Origin: a virus
IMG/VR virus record: IMGVR_UViG_3300014879_000002
Location: 1 to 42,459 of that record
DNA length: 42,459 bases
Strand: one strand, 5' to 3'
Below the pieces are notes generated by a model that had not been told where the DNA came from, did not search any database, and worked only from the letters and a program-made list of their open reading frames with translations. Below, in pieces: positions 1-8,405 of this stretch (position 1 is its first letter; every line of letters begins with the position of its first letter). Both the position numbers and the translations under genes were made by a program.

Positions 1-123
1 GGAATGATATTGATAAAATGGAAGAGATTGTTGAAGATAGAAAGCAGCCATTAATTATCAAAGTGGTTGCAAGGGCTTTCATTAAAGCTTCAGAGAAAGG
101 TGATTTCAGGTACATCTCGGAAA
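1..123. repeat. Left copy of a 123-bp exact direct terminal repeat (circular-closure overlap or terminal redundancy)
   Basis: Bases 1-123 read identical to 42337-42459, so the unique length is 42336 bp. Confidence 0.95.
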
Positions 124-230
124 TACTTTCCCACGTAATAGGCAAGCCCAAAGAAACAGTTGAGGCAACAATCACAAAGAAGTCTTACAAGATTACGCTA
201 AACATAAACAAGAGTGATCGACCCGATTGA
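1..230 (+). CDS. terS: Small terminase subunit, 3' part (same ORF as 42195..42459 read across the junction)
   Basis: Frame continuity with 42195..42459. Stop at 228-230. Overlaps the terL start by 17 nt. Confidence 0.6.
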   Translation, partial: NDIDKMEEIVEDRKQPLIIKVVARAFIKASEKGDFRYISEILSHVIGKPKETVEATITKKSYKITLNINKSDRPD

Positions 231-1455
231 AATAGACTACAATAGGCCACACGTTTCGGATTATCAGCGCAAGATACTAGACAGCGAGGCAAGGTACACA
301 GTTGTAGAGGCTTCAACCAAAACAGGCAAAACGGCATCTCATATTGTTTGGTTATTAGAGCAAGCCTTAAATCCAGCGTTAAAAGAAAACGATTCGGTAT
401 GGTGGGTTGCTCCCGTTTACGCACAGGCAGAAATTGCCTACAAGCGTATGAAAACCCAGATGCCTGATAAGGACTTCTTTAAGACCAATGAAGGGAAATT
501 AACTCTTACTCTACCAACGGGGGTCCACATACAGTTCAAATCAGCAGACAAACCAGACAACCTTTATGGTGATGATGTTTACGCTGCTGTTTTTGATGAG
601 TTTACCAGGGCTAAAGAGGAAGCATGGTTCGCACTTAGAACTACCTTAACAGCAACGCAGGGGAAATGTAAGTTCATTGGCAATGTTAAAGGCAAAAAGA
701 ATTGGGGCTATAGGTTATCTCAGGAAGCCAAATCCGGCAAAGAGGGCTATGAGTATTTTAAAATAACAGCTTATGATGCAGCCGAGGCGGGGTTTATTAC
801 ATTTGAAGAAATAGAGTCCGCTAAAAGGGATTTGCCGGATTTAGTATTTAAAGAGCTGTACCTGGCTGAGGCTTCTGAAGATGGGACAAACCCATTTGGT
901 CAAAAGTTTATAAATATGTGTACGCAGCCAATGAGTTCATTGCCGCCAATATGCTACGGGATTGACCTGGCTAACTCAGTTGATTATGCCGTAATTATAG
1001 GGCTGGATGCTTTGGGGCAAACTTGTTATTTTGACAGGTTCAGAAAAATAGGGTGGGGTAATACAAAGGAAAGAATAATAAGACTTCCTAAATTGTCAAT
1101 GAGAATAGACTCTACAGGCGTTGGTGATCCTATCGTAGAAGATATTGAAGCTCTTAACCCACTAGCGAAAGGGTTTAAATTCACACCAATATCTAAACAG
1201 CAGATAATAGAAGCTCTGGCAATGGCTATTCAACAAAGAAAGACAACCTTCCCCGAGTATCCTAAAGGCACAATACCGGAAAATGATCCAGGCAATATAA
1301 AGTTTGAACTAGAGAACTTTGAGTTTGAATACACGAGAACAGGCGTAAGATACACCGCCCCTGCGGGTATGCACGATGACTGCGTATGTGCTTTAGCGTT
1401 AGCCTGGGACGTTCACAAGGGTGCTAGTCAGTCAGGGGCTTATTCGTGGGTGTGA
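214..1455 (+). CDS. terL: Large terminase subunit (ATPase plus RNase-H-fold nuclease)
   Basis: 413 aa with a GTG start. Walker A-like 'EASTKTGKT' near the N-terminus. C-terminal nuclease-type acidic motifs 'YGIDLANSVDYAVIIGLD', 'RIDSTGVGD' and 'GMHDDCVCALALA'. Sits directly after terS. Confidence 0.9.
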   Translation: MIDPIEIDYNRPHVSDYQRKILDSEARYTVVEASTKTGKTASHIVWLLEQALNPALKENDSVWWVAPVYAQAEIAYKRMKTQMPDKDFFKTNEGKLTLTLPTGVHIQFKSADKPDNLYGDDVYAAVFDEFTRAKEEAWFALRTTLTATQGKCKFIGNVKGKKNWGYRLSQEAKSGKEGYEYFKITAYDAAEAGFITFEEIESAKRDLPDLVFKELYLAEASEDGTNPFGQKFINMCTQPMSSLPPICYGIDLANSVDYAVIIGLDALGQTCYFDRFRKIGWGNTKERIIRLPKLSMRIDSTGVGDPIVEDIEALNPLAKGFKFTPISKQQIIEALAMAIQQRKTTFPEYPKGTIPENDPGNIKFELENFEFEYTRTGVRYTAPAGMHDDCVCALALAWDVHKGASQSGAYSWV

Positions 1456-1606
1456 GGGCTTCCCGTATTCTGACTAGAAAAATCATTTCCTCATTAGGTA
1501 TAAATCTTCCTTCTTGATAATCTGCGTCTGCTTTATCTTCAAAGTAATCTTCTAATTCTTCGAGAAGTTCTATTAGCTCAGTTGGGCGTAGATATATTTT
1601 ATCCAT
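1424..1606 (-). CDS. Small, strongly acidic hypothetical protein (60 aa); the only leftward ORF inside the ~27-kb rightward late block
   Basis: ATG-initiated ORF with 16 Asp/Glu against 7 Lys/Arg ('ELIELLEELEDYFEDKADADYQEG'). Its 3' end overlaps the terL 3' end by 32 nt. It has its own upstream intergenic region (1607-1777). Confidence 0.4.
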   Translation of the reverse strand: MDKIYLRPTELIELLEELEDYFEDKADADYQEGRFIPNEEMIFLVRIREALTPTNKPLTD

Positions 1607-1675
1607 TCGTTAAAATCTTTAGGGGGGTTATCGGGGTAAGTGGTTTTGACTGTCATAGTTGGTTATTTAATACAT

Positions 1676-1683
1676 CAAAAATA
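1676..1683 (-). promoter_or_regulatory. Candidate Bacteroidota -7 promoter box (TATTTTTG on the minus strand) for ORF 1424..1606
   Basis: Plus strand reads CAAAAATA, which is TAnnTTTG on the minus strand, ~70 nt upstream of the ATG at 1606. Confidence 0.3.
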
Positions 1684-1777
1684 TAAAAGGGTTCTGAATA
1701 CTGCAAACTTTTGGAGAACTTTCTTTACTAAGTAAAATTACGGTGCGGACAACGCTTCAAACGTGCCATATATAGTT

Positions 1778-2422
1778 ATGAAAACCTTCGAGAAGTTGAC
1801 CCTTTGGGAGTATCAGGAGCTTTATAAGATACACAATACTAAGGCCGAAACGGATGAAGAAATCTTAGACAGAGCTATTGAAACTCTTTCCATCCTGGAA
1901 GGGAAATCCCGTCAGGAGATTGAGGACCGACCTTATGCCGAGCTTTTGCAGAAGTCTAAGGATGTTTCCATTTTGTTCTCTGTTGCGCCCAATTTAGGCA
2001 AGCCAAGCCCTTATCTAAGGATCGGGGGGCAACTATACAAGGTTTGTTTAAACCCCCGCAAATTGACCACAGGGCAGTTCACAGACGTTCAGGGGTTCCT
2101 TAAACGTGGACGGGTAGAGAACCTTCACAAAGTCATTGCCTCAATCGTCAGGCCAGTAAGTGGGTTCTTTAGGAAGGAAGGAAAGTACGATGCAGAAAAC
2201 CACGAGGTCATTGCCGAAGAAATCTTAGACGTGAACATAATGAAGATTCTAGCCATCTCGGGTTTTTTTTTGCGTCTTTGGAACAGTTGTATAAAAGCTT
2301 TGGTTCCATATTTAGAAAAGCAGATCCGGGAGACGACGAGCCTATCGGAGACGGATTTACGGACAATTATGGATGGATATACACAGCTCACCAGGTTAGA
2401 GAATCACATGGGGTCGGAATAA
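1778..2422 (+). CDS. Hypothetical virion-assembly protein; candidate tail-assembly-chaperone-like zero-frame product
   Basis: ORF track 1763..2422 starts at a GTG; the first ATG is at 1778 ('MKTFEKLTLWEYQELYK'). Contains a T9 slippery tract at 2263-2271 and overlaps a long -1 frame ORF that has no ATG. Confidence 0.6.
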   Translation: MKTFEKLTLWEYQELYKIHNTKAETDEEILDRAIETLSILEGKSRQEIEDRPYAELLQKSKDVSILFSVAPNLGKPSPYLRIGGQLYKVCLNPRKLTTGQFTDVQGFLKRGRVENLHKVIASIVRPVSGFFRKEGKYDAENHEVIAEEILDVNIMKILAISGFFLRLWNSCIKALVPYLEKQIRETTSLSETDLRTIMDGYTQLTRLENHMGSE

Positions 2423-2535
2423 ATGAAGTCTATGAGATGCCGTGTATGGAGTTTTTGAATGAAGTGGTTTATTTAAAAGAATATGGGGATCACATAAAAC
2501 GAATAACAAAAAATGCCAGGAATACAGAATTCTAA
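2173..2535 (+). CDS. -1 frame extension ORF (candidate transframe C-terminal part of the 1778 gene product)
   Basis: 121 codons are open in the -1 frame relative to 1778..2422. There is no ATG before 2441, and the track needs a TTG at 2278 to start it. The sequence looks protein-like ('PIGDGFTDNYGWIYTAHQV...FLNEVVYLKEYGDHIKR'). Confidence 0.45.
   Translation, partial: EGRKVRCRKPRGHCRRNLRREHNEDSSHLGFFFASLEQLYKSFGSIFRKADPGDDEPIGDGFTDNYGWIYTAHQVRESHGVGINEVYEMPCMEFLNEVVYLKEYGDHIKRITKNARNTEF
2263..2269 (+). promoter_or_regulatory. Candidate -1 programmed ribosomal frameshift heptamer T_TTT_TTT (within GGG-T9-G)
   Basis: The zero frame reads GGT TTT TTT TTG, which fits X_XXY_YYZ. The -1 frame is open from 2173 to 2535. 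Confidence 0.4.
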
Positions 2536-3136
2536 AAGTACACTTGACTTCTTAGGGGCTTTAGGGACTAAGAGGGGTGATGTAGTTATTGAAAAGTCAG
2601 CACAAGGATTAGTCAAGCTGGCTGCATTCTTAATCGAGAAAGCTTCCAGTAACCTTGAACGTAAAAGGAATGTAGCTACCGGGGACACTATTTCTTCAAT
2701 GCAGATAGTCAACCTGGATTTCACCGGGGCTAAGTTAAGCGTAGATGTTCAGATACTTAGTACTTATAAATTTCTTGACAAGGGAGTTAAGGGGACAGAA
2801 GGGGGAACAGGTAAGTACAAGTTTAAAACCCCCCATCCTTCTAAAAGAATGGCTAATGCTATAGATAGTTGGTTAAGGACAAGAGGGATCAGGGGAACGC
2901 TGGCTAAGAAGTATAAGCCTTATGCAACAGCGAAAGCCGGGGTTGAACAAAAGGACGTTAGGATAGATCAGAATAAAAAAGGGTTGGCATATGCCGTAGC
3001 TACTTCCATCAAGAAAAAAGGAATAAGGCCTACTTTCTTTTTTACAAATGCAGTTAAGGACACTCAAAAGCAAGCCAAGAAGATAATTGGGCAAGGCTTT
3101 AAGCTGGATATTATTCAAAATCTCAAATTGAATTAA
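2513..3136 (+). CDS. Hypothetical virion protein (207 aa)
   Basis: ATG ORF in the late block, with tight packing to its neighbours. Basic and Lys-rich. Any resemblance to HK97 gp10-type tail-completion proteins is only an impression. Confidence 0.6.
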   Translation: MPGIQNSKSTLDFLGALGTKRGDVVIEKSAQGLVKLAAFLIEKASSNLERKRNVATGDTISSMQIVNLDFTGAKLSVDVQILSTYKFLDKGVKGTEGGTGKYKFKTPHPSKRMANAIDSWLRTRGIRGTLAKKYKPYATAKAGVEQKDVRIDQNKKGLAYAVATSIKKKGIRPTFFFTNAVKDTQKQAKKIIGQGFKLDIIQNLKLN

Positions 3137-4335
3137 TGGAAGTATTGTTTACGCCATCCAACGGAAGATACAGCGTTCACGACGATTTGATTTATACGGT
3201 CAGGGATTTAGTCAAAGCTAATGATCCGGGGACTTATCCTGATTACAGATATATCGCTGACGTTTACAATGGAGCTGACTTAGTGGCAAGATTAAAAGCC
3301 TACCCACAGCCAGACACTAAAGTAGGGGTTTTCAATATCTCAAATATATTGAGAAACTACCTTACCCCGGTTTTCAACCCTACTCCAAATACGTTTAATG
3401 CTCAAACACTGACCACAGGGGACTGGAACGTATCAGGGACGGTAATCTTCGGGGAAGAGTATGATTTTGTCCAGTACTTAAATGTTTCAGGAACCACAGG
3501 GCTTTTGTTTTATGGTCATTACAACGGCAGGAAGATAGGTGTGGTTACCAACTTAGAAGCGGAGGCAGATTTTGAAAGTGTCAGACCAAGAACAACGTTT
3601 GTATATAGGAATACAGATAACTGTTTTATTCCTTACTTAAATGTGAGCTTGTCAAATACGGTATCGGTCACAATCACTCTTTATAATTCAAGCGGGGGTG
3701 TTATAGCCACCAAAACAGCGAGTGAGACGATTCCGGTGGTTGCATCAATGGGGTTAATAAATATCGGGATCGCAGGGGTAAATGCGTTTATGAGTCCTGA
3801 CTTCGTTACCGAGGGTACAGCTTATTACACGGTGACTTTAGACAGTGTGGGAGAACCGGCACAAACTATCCTTATTAATGTTTTGTGTGAAGATAAACAC
3901 GACGTTTATACGTTGCACTTTATGAACCGTTTCGGAGGATTTGAAACAATGTCGTTTTCTAAGGTGTCCAGGCAAAGCGTGAATATAGAGAAGTCAGAAT
4001 TTGGCAAACTGCCATATACATTAAATGCAGGTGTCCCTGAGTACTACACTTCAAATAAAGTATATAACGAAACCCGGTCTGTTTTCGCTTCTCAGTTTAC
4101 TGAAAAGATGACGCTTAATACTGATCTATTAAACGATGATCATTATGTATGGTTGAGGGATTTGGTTCTTTCCCCGATGGTGTTTATGGAATTTGAAAGT
4201 GGGAGTGATGTGTATTTCGTTCCGGTGAATATCATAGCAACGGATTATGAGATGAAGAAAAGTGTGAATGATAAGGTAAGCAACCTGACTTTAGAAGTAG
4301 AATTCGGGGATAGATTCGCAGCACAATTTAGATAA
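3136..4335 (+). CDS. Virion structural protein (399 aa), tail or baseplate candidate
   Basis: The start shares A3136 with the previous stop. Long ORF with a beta-rich composition. Confidence 0.65.
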   Translation: MEVLFTPSNGRYSVHDDLIYTVRDLVKANDPGTYPDYRYIADVYNGADLVARLKAYPQPDTKVGVFNISNILRNYLTPVFNPTPNTFNAQTLTTGDWNVSGTVIFGEEYDFVQYLNVSGTTGLLFYGHYNGRKIGVVTNLEAEADFESVRPRTTFVYRNTDNCFIPYLNVSLSNTVSVTITLYNSSGGVIATKTASETIPVVASMGLINIGIAGVNAFMSPDFVTEGTAYYTVTLDSVGEPAQTILINVLCEDKHDVYTLHFMNRFGGFETMSFSKVSRQSVNIEKSEFGKLPYTLNAGVPEYYTSNKVYNETRSVFASQFTEKMTLNTDLLNDDHYVWLRDLVLSPMVFMEFESGSDVYFVPVNIIATDYEMKKSVNDKVSNLTLEVEFGDRFAAQFR

Positions 4336-4344
4336 GTTCACTAA

Positions 4345-6357
4345 ATGAGGACACAGCTATTCATAGAAAATTACGAGGCAGATGTAAGTGAGGATATTTC
4401 TACTCTGCTCACATTTGAATTAGACGACGTTAAAGACTTCTCTTCAAGGTCAACAACGTGGAGCAAAACTGTTGTCCTTCCGGGTACAGCAAGAAACAAT
4501 GATTTATTTGGGAACATCTTTCAAGTAGGGCAAAGCAACGAACATAATCCGGGTTTGGATAATATCGGGTATAATTATAACGCAAGTAAAGCTGCGGATT
4601 GTATAATCTTTCAGGATCAACTTCAGACTTTCAAAGGTTTTTTAAGGTTAATGCAGATCAACTCTTTTAAGGGAAAGATCGAATATGAGGTAGCAATGTT
4701 TGGTGAAATTCACGGCTTAAATGTTGCTTTATCAGGTTCTCTATTAGAAAACCTGGATTTCTCAGCTTATGACCATGCATGGAACGAAACCAATATTGTG
4801 AACAGTTGGGATAATGTTTCTGGGGTTAGTTACTACTATCCTTTAATAGATCACGGGAATTATTCTTTGCTTAAAGCAGACTGGGATTTCAGAACGTTCA
4901 GACCTGCCCTGTATGCCAAAGAATATATTGATAAGATGTTTACCGAAGCGGGGTTCAGGTATGAGTGTGATCTTTTTGATACAGCCAGGTTCAAGAGTCT
5001 TATAATTCCTTACAACAGAAAGCAATTACTTAGTTCTAATTCTAACATCTACAACGCAAGCGGTACAACATCTCAACCAAGTTTAGGTTTTTTGCTACTC
5101 GAGTTTGAGGATCAGGCTGGCAGTGGGTTTACTACTTCAGACGAGCATATTTTCACATTTGCAGCGGTAAGCCCTGGTACGATCACAATAGACTGGAGTA
5201 TCCTGGCAAGCACAGGAAACGGAACGGGTTACCAGCTTTTATTTAAAGTAAATAACATAACACATACCACTCAAACGATTTTTGGGGCATTTGAAGGGGA
5301 CCCGGCGGTTAATTCTGTTTCTGTTACTCTAAGCCCGGGTGATAATATAAGGTGGATTTTAGACTCAATTTTACCAACTACTTTAACAGCTACAGAGGTT
5401 TCATTTAGCGCGACAGCAGCAGCCGGATTACTTGTAGAGCTGGGTTATGGGGAGACCGTTCAAATGAATGACTGCATTCCTAAGAATATAAGGCAGGTAG
5501 ATTTCTTTTTGTCAATTATCAAGTTGTTCAATCTTTACGTTTACGAGCACCGTCAAGACCCACGATTAATTTTAATTACTCCTTATGTAGATTTTTATTC
5601 AACGGACTCAGCGGATTCAGTGGACTGGACTTATAAATTAAACAGGGATAAGACAGTTAAAGTAAGGCCAATGAGTGAATTAAACTCTAAAAAGTATGAA
5701 TTCAAATATAAGCCAGATACAGACTATTACAATGATTTATACCGCAAAAGATACGGTCAGGGGTATGGTGATTATATCTTTGATTCTGCCTTTGAATTTG
5801 CTGAACAGACAAACTCTCTTGAATTAATCTTCAGTGCTACTGTTTTAGTTGGATGGGGCGGGGAAGATAAAATATTTTCTACAATCTTCAAGTTATCTAA
5901 CCAGCAGGAAGAAAGCATTGATTATAATATCAGAATCTTACAGGCAAAGAAGATAGAAGGTGTTACAAGTTGGGATTTGTTAGATGATGTTACTGTTCTT
6001 ACCTCTTTAACGAAATATGGCTATGCAGGACACTTAAATGATCCCGATGCACCGAGTAATGATTTAAACTTTGGCGTATTGGCGGAGTTGTTCTTTACGC
6101 TTGTGAGTGGTGATTTAACGGTTACTCAATTCAATGTTTATTGGAGTGCTTACATGGCTGAGATTACGGACAAGGACTCTAAGTTGTTAGAAGCTTTCTT
6201 TTATCTGACCAATTTAGATATTATGAATTTAGACTTTTCAAAAAAGATATTTATTGATAGTGTTTTGTTTAGATTGAACAAGATTAAAGATTTTAATGTA
6301 TCAAATCCGACTGATAGTGAGATAGAGTTACTGAAGGTGAATTTTTTGGTTTATTAA
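4345..6357 (+). CDS. Large virion structural protein (670 aa), tail hub or baseplate candidate
   Basis: Long ATG ORF. The N-terminus 'LTFELDDVKDFSSRSTTWSKTVVLPGTARNNDLFGNIF' is of the type seen in phage tail proteins. Placement is within the virion module. Confidence 0.65.
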   Translation: MRTQLFIENYEADVSEDISTLLTFELDDVKDFSSRSTTWSKTVVLPGTARNNDLFGNIFQVGQSNEHNPGLDNIGYNYNASKAADCIIFQDQLQTFKGFLRLMQINSFKGKIEYEVAMFGEIHGLNVALSGSLLENLDFSAYDHAWNETNIVNSWDNVSGVSYYYPLIDHGNYSLLKADWDFRTFRPALYAKEYIDKMFTEAGFRYECDLFDTARFKSLIIPYNRKQLLSSNSNIYNASGTTSQPSLGFLLLEFEDQAGSGFTTSDEHIFTFAAVSPGTITIDWSILASTGNGTGYQLLFKVNNITHTTQTIFGAFEGDPAVNSVSVTLSPGDNIRWILDSILPTTLTATEVSFSATAAAGLLVELGYGETVQMNDCIPKNIRQVDFFLSIIKLFNLYVYEHRQDPRLILITPYVDFYSTDSADSVDWTYKLNRDKTVKVRPMSELNSKKYEFKYKPDTDYYNDLYRKRYGQGYGDYIFDSAFEFAEQTNSLELIFSATVLVGWGGEDKIFSTIFKLSNQQEESIDYNIRILQAKKIEGVTSWDLLDDVTVLTSLTKYGYAGHLNDPDAPSNDLNFGVLAELFFTLVSGDLTVTQFNVYWSAYMAEITDKDSKLLEAFFYLTNLDIMNLDFSKKIFIDSVLFRLNKIKDFNVSNPTDSEIELLKVNFLVY

Positions 6358-6376
6358 AAAAGAAAAAATATCTATT

Positions 6377-6589
6377 ATGGCAAGGGAATTAAAAGAAAGA
6401 ATAAAACTTTATGTTTTTGGGAGGCCAAAAGATACCTTGAAGTATATGCACGTTCAAGAGATGGTGATTGCTGCTTCGTCTGAAGATCAGGCATTAGAAA
6501 TAGTTAGTTGCAGAGATGATAATGAGGATTGTCGTTTAAAAAAGGTAATCGAAATATCACAATTAACTGACGGATATATTATTCTTTGA
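6377..6589 (+). CDS. Hypothetical protein (70 aa)
   Basis: ATG ORF that fills the gap between two large late genes. Confidence 0.45.
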   Translation: MARELKERIKLYVFGRPKDTLKYMHVQEMVIAASSEDQALEIVSCRDDNEDCRLKKVIEISQLTDGYIIL

Positions 6590-6613
6590 TTGTGAACTAC
6601 CTAATTTATTAGA

Positions 6614-8368
6614 ATGAACTATATAAGATTATTTTATGCAGATGTTACAATAGGGGCTAAACTAACTCTTGACGCAGGTCAGGCGACTACCTCTGTTAAG
6701 AGTTTTAAGAGTGAACTTAAAGACGCTTCACAGGAGTTATTGAAAATTTCTGCTCAATTCGGTGCAACGTCAAAAGAAGCAGCCGCAGCAGCTAAAAGGG
6801 TTGCCGAAATGAGGGATGCTGTTGGTGATGCAAAAAGTTTGGTCGATGCGTTTAACCCAGATACAAAGTTTCGTGCATTTGGTGCGTCGATAAATACAGT
6901 TGTTGGGGGATTCACGGCTTTACAAGGTGTGTTAGGGTTGGTAGGTGTAGAAAGTGAGGAGGTTCAAAAGACTTTATTAAAGGTTCAGTCTGCTTTAGCG
7001 TTTAGTCAAGGCATCTCACAACTTCAGGAAGGGGTACAAACATTTAAAAACCTTTCGGCAGTCATTCAGCAGACGGCTATTTTCCAGAAAGCGAATGCAG
7101 CAGCAACGGCACTTGCTGCGGGCGCAATGCGTCTTTTGGGGATCAGCACCACGCAAACGGGTGTGGCATTTAATGTTTTAAAGGGTGCTATTATTGCCAC
7201 AGGTATAGGTGCATTGGTTGTTGCTATTGGTTTTGTAGTTTCTAAGGTGATTGAGTGGACGGATGCTACAAATAAACAAGCGAAAGCGCAGGAAAAATTA
7301 AAAGAGCAAACAGATTTTCTCAATGCTTCATTAAACAGGCAATTAGATTTTTTAGACAGAAGGGCAAAGTTAGAAAGATTAAGGGCGGAGGCTCGTGGCG
7401 ATTCTGAGGAACAACTTGCTAAACTAGATGAAGCGGCATCTAAGCGTAGAGTAAAAGCTGCTGAATCGGAATTACGGTTTGCCAGAGAATCCGGGGCTGA
7501 TACAAAAGCATTACAAGCAACTTTCAATCAAGAGACTGAACGGGAAGAAATAAGATTTTTAGAAGATAAAATAAAAAGAAACAAAGAAGCGGAAGAGCAG
7601 CGACTTAAGGATGCAGAAAAGAATAGGCGGGATCTTGAAAGAATTGAAAAGGAGCATCAGCAAAAGATGGAAGAACTCAGGCGAATTGGTCTTGTTAATC
7701 TTGCTGAAGGAATAAAAGAATTTGATAAAAACAGAATTGAGCAGGAAGATGCAGCCAGAAAACAAAGGGAAGCCACAGATACAAGTTTATTAGTAAATGC
7801 GGGTGCTATTGCAGCACATTTGCAAAACTTACAGAAAGACACAACGCTAACGCAAAAAGAACAAAGTGAACTAAGACAAGCAATAGACCAAGCTGAATTT
7901 GACAACAAACAAAAATTAGCACAGGCAACCGCTTCTATACTTAGTGCTTTGTCTCAGTTAATAGGGCAACAAACTGTTGCCGGCAAAGTTCTGGCTGTAG
8001 CCGGTGCAACTATTGACACTTACGCAGCCGTTGCCGCAGTTCTTAAAAATGCTGCTAAAACTCCAGCAGGGGGAATACCAGGTTATGCGATTGCGCAAGC
8101 TGTTTCAGTGGGTTTGTTTGGGTTGCTTAATGTTAAAAAGATAATAGCTACAAAAGTTCCCGGTGCGGGGGGTGGTGGCCAGGCTCCAAACTTAGCGGTT
8201 CAATCTCCACTTACGCCGCAACGTCCACAAAACACAACTACACAATTAGACCAAACTTCTTTAAATGCTATTGGCAACGCAACCACAAGGGCTTATGTTT
8301 TGGAGTCAGATGTAAGCGGTAACCAGGAAAGAGTTAGACGGTTGAACAGAGCTGCACGAATCGGGTAA
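6614..8368 (+). CDS. Tape-measure-like or internal virion protein (584 aa)
   Basis: Ala/Gly-rich helical N-terminal part with hydrophobic segments ('GAIIATGIGALVVAIGFVV'). Central highly charged coiled coil ('EREEIRFLEDKIKRNKEAEEQRLKDAEKNRRDLERIEKEHQQKMEEL'). Gly-rich tract 'PGAGGGGQAP' near the C-terminus. Confidence 0.6.
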   Translation: MNYIRLFYADVTIGAKLTLDAGQATTSVKSFKSELKDASQELLKISAQFGATSKEAAAAAKRVAEMRDAVGDAKSLVDAFNPDTKFRAFGASINTVVGGFTALQGVLGLVGVESEEVQKTLLKVQSALAFSQGISQLQEGVQTFKNLSAVIQQTAIFQKANAAATALAAGAMRLLGISTTQTGVAFNVLKGAIIATGIGALVVAIGFVVSKVIEWTDATNKQAKAQEKLKEQTDFLNASLNRQLDFLDRRAKLERLRAEARGDSEEQLAKLDEAASKRRVKAAESELRFARESGADTKALQATFNQETEREEIRFLEDKIKRNKEAEEQRLKDAEKNRRDLERIEKEHQQKMEELRRIGLVNLAEGIKEFDKNRIEQEDAARKQREATDTSLLVNAGAIAAHLQNLQKDTTLTQKEQSELRQAIDQAEFDNKQKLAQATASILSALSQLIGQQTVAGKVLAVAGATIDTYAAVAAVLKNAAKTPAGGIPGYAIAQAVSVGLFGLLNVKKIIATKVPGAGGGGQAPNLAVQSPLTPQRPQNTTTQLDQTSLNAIGNATTRAYVLESDVSGNQERVRRLNRAARIG

Positions 8369-8405
8369 ACCGGACAAACAGGGCAAACAAGGCATTTATC
8401 CTTGT

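Noticed and set aside
185-424. Minus-strand 79-aa ORF across the terS/terL junction.
   Set aside because: It is antisense to two well-supported genes, and its composition is typical of a shadow ORF.
7066-7908. Minus-strand ORFs (153, 68 and 83 aa) inside the tape-measure-like gene.
   Set aside because: They are Ala/Ser/Cys- or Phe/Leu-rich low-complexity shadows of a compositionally biased plus-strand gene, and they oppose the operon direction.
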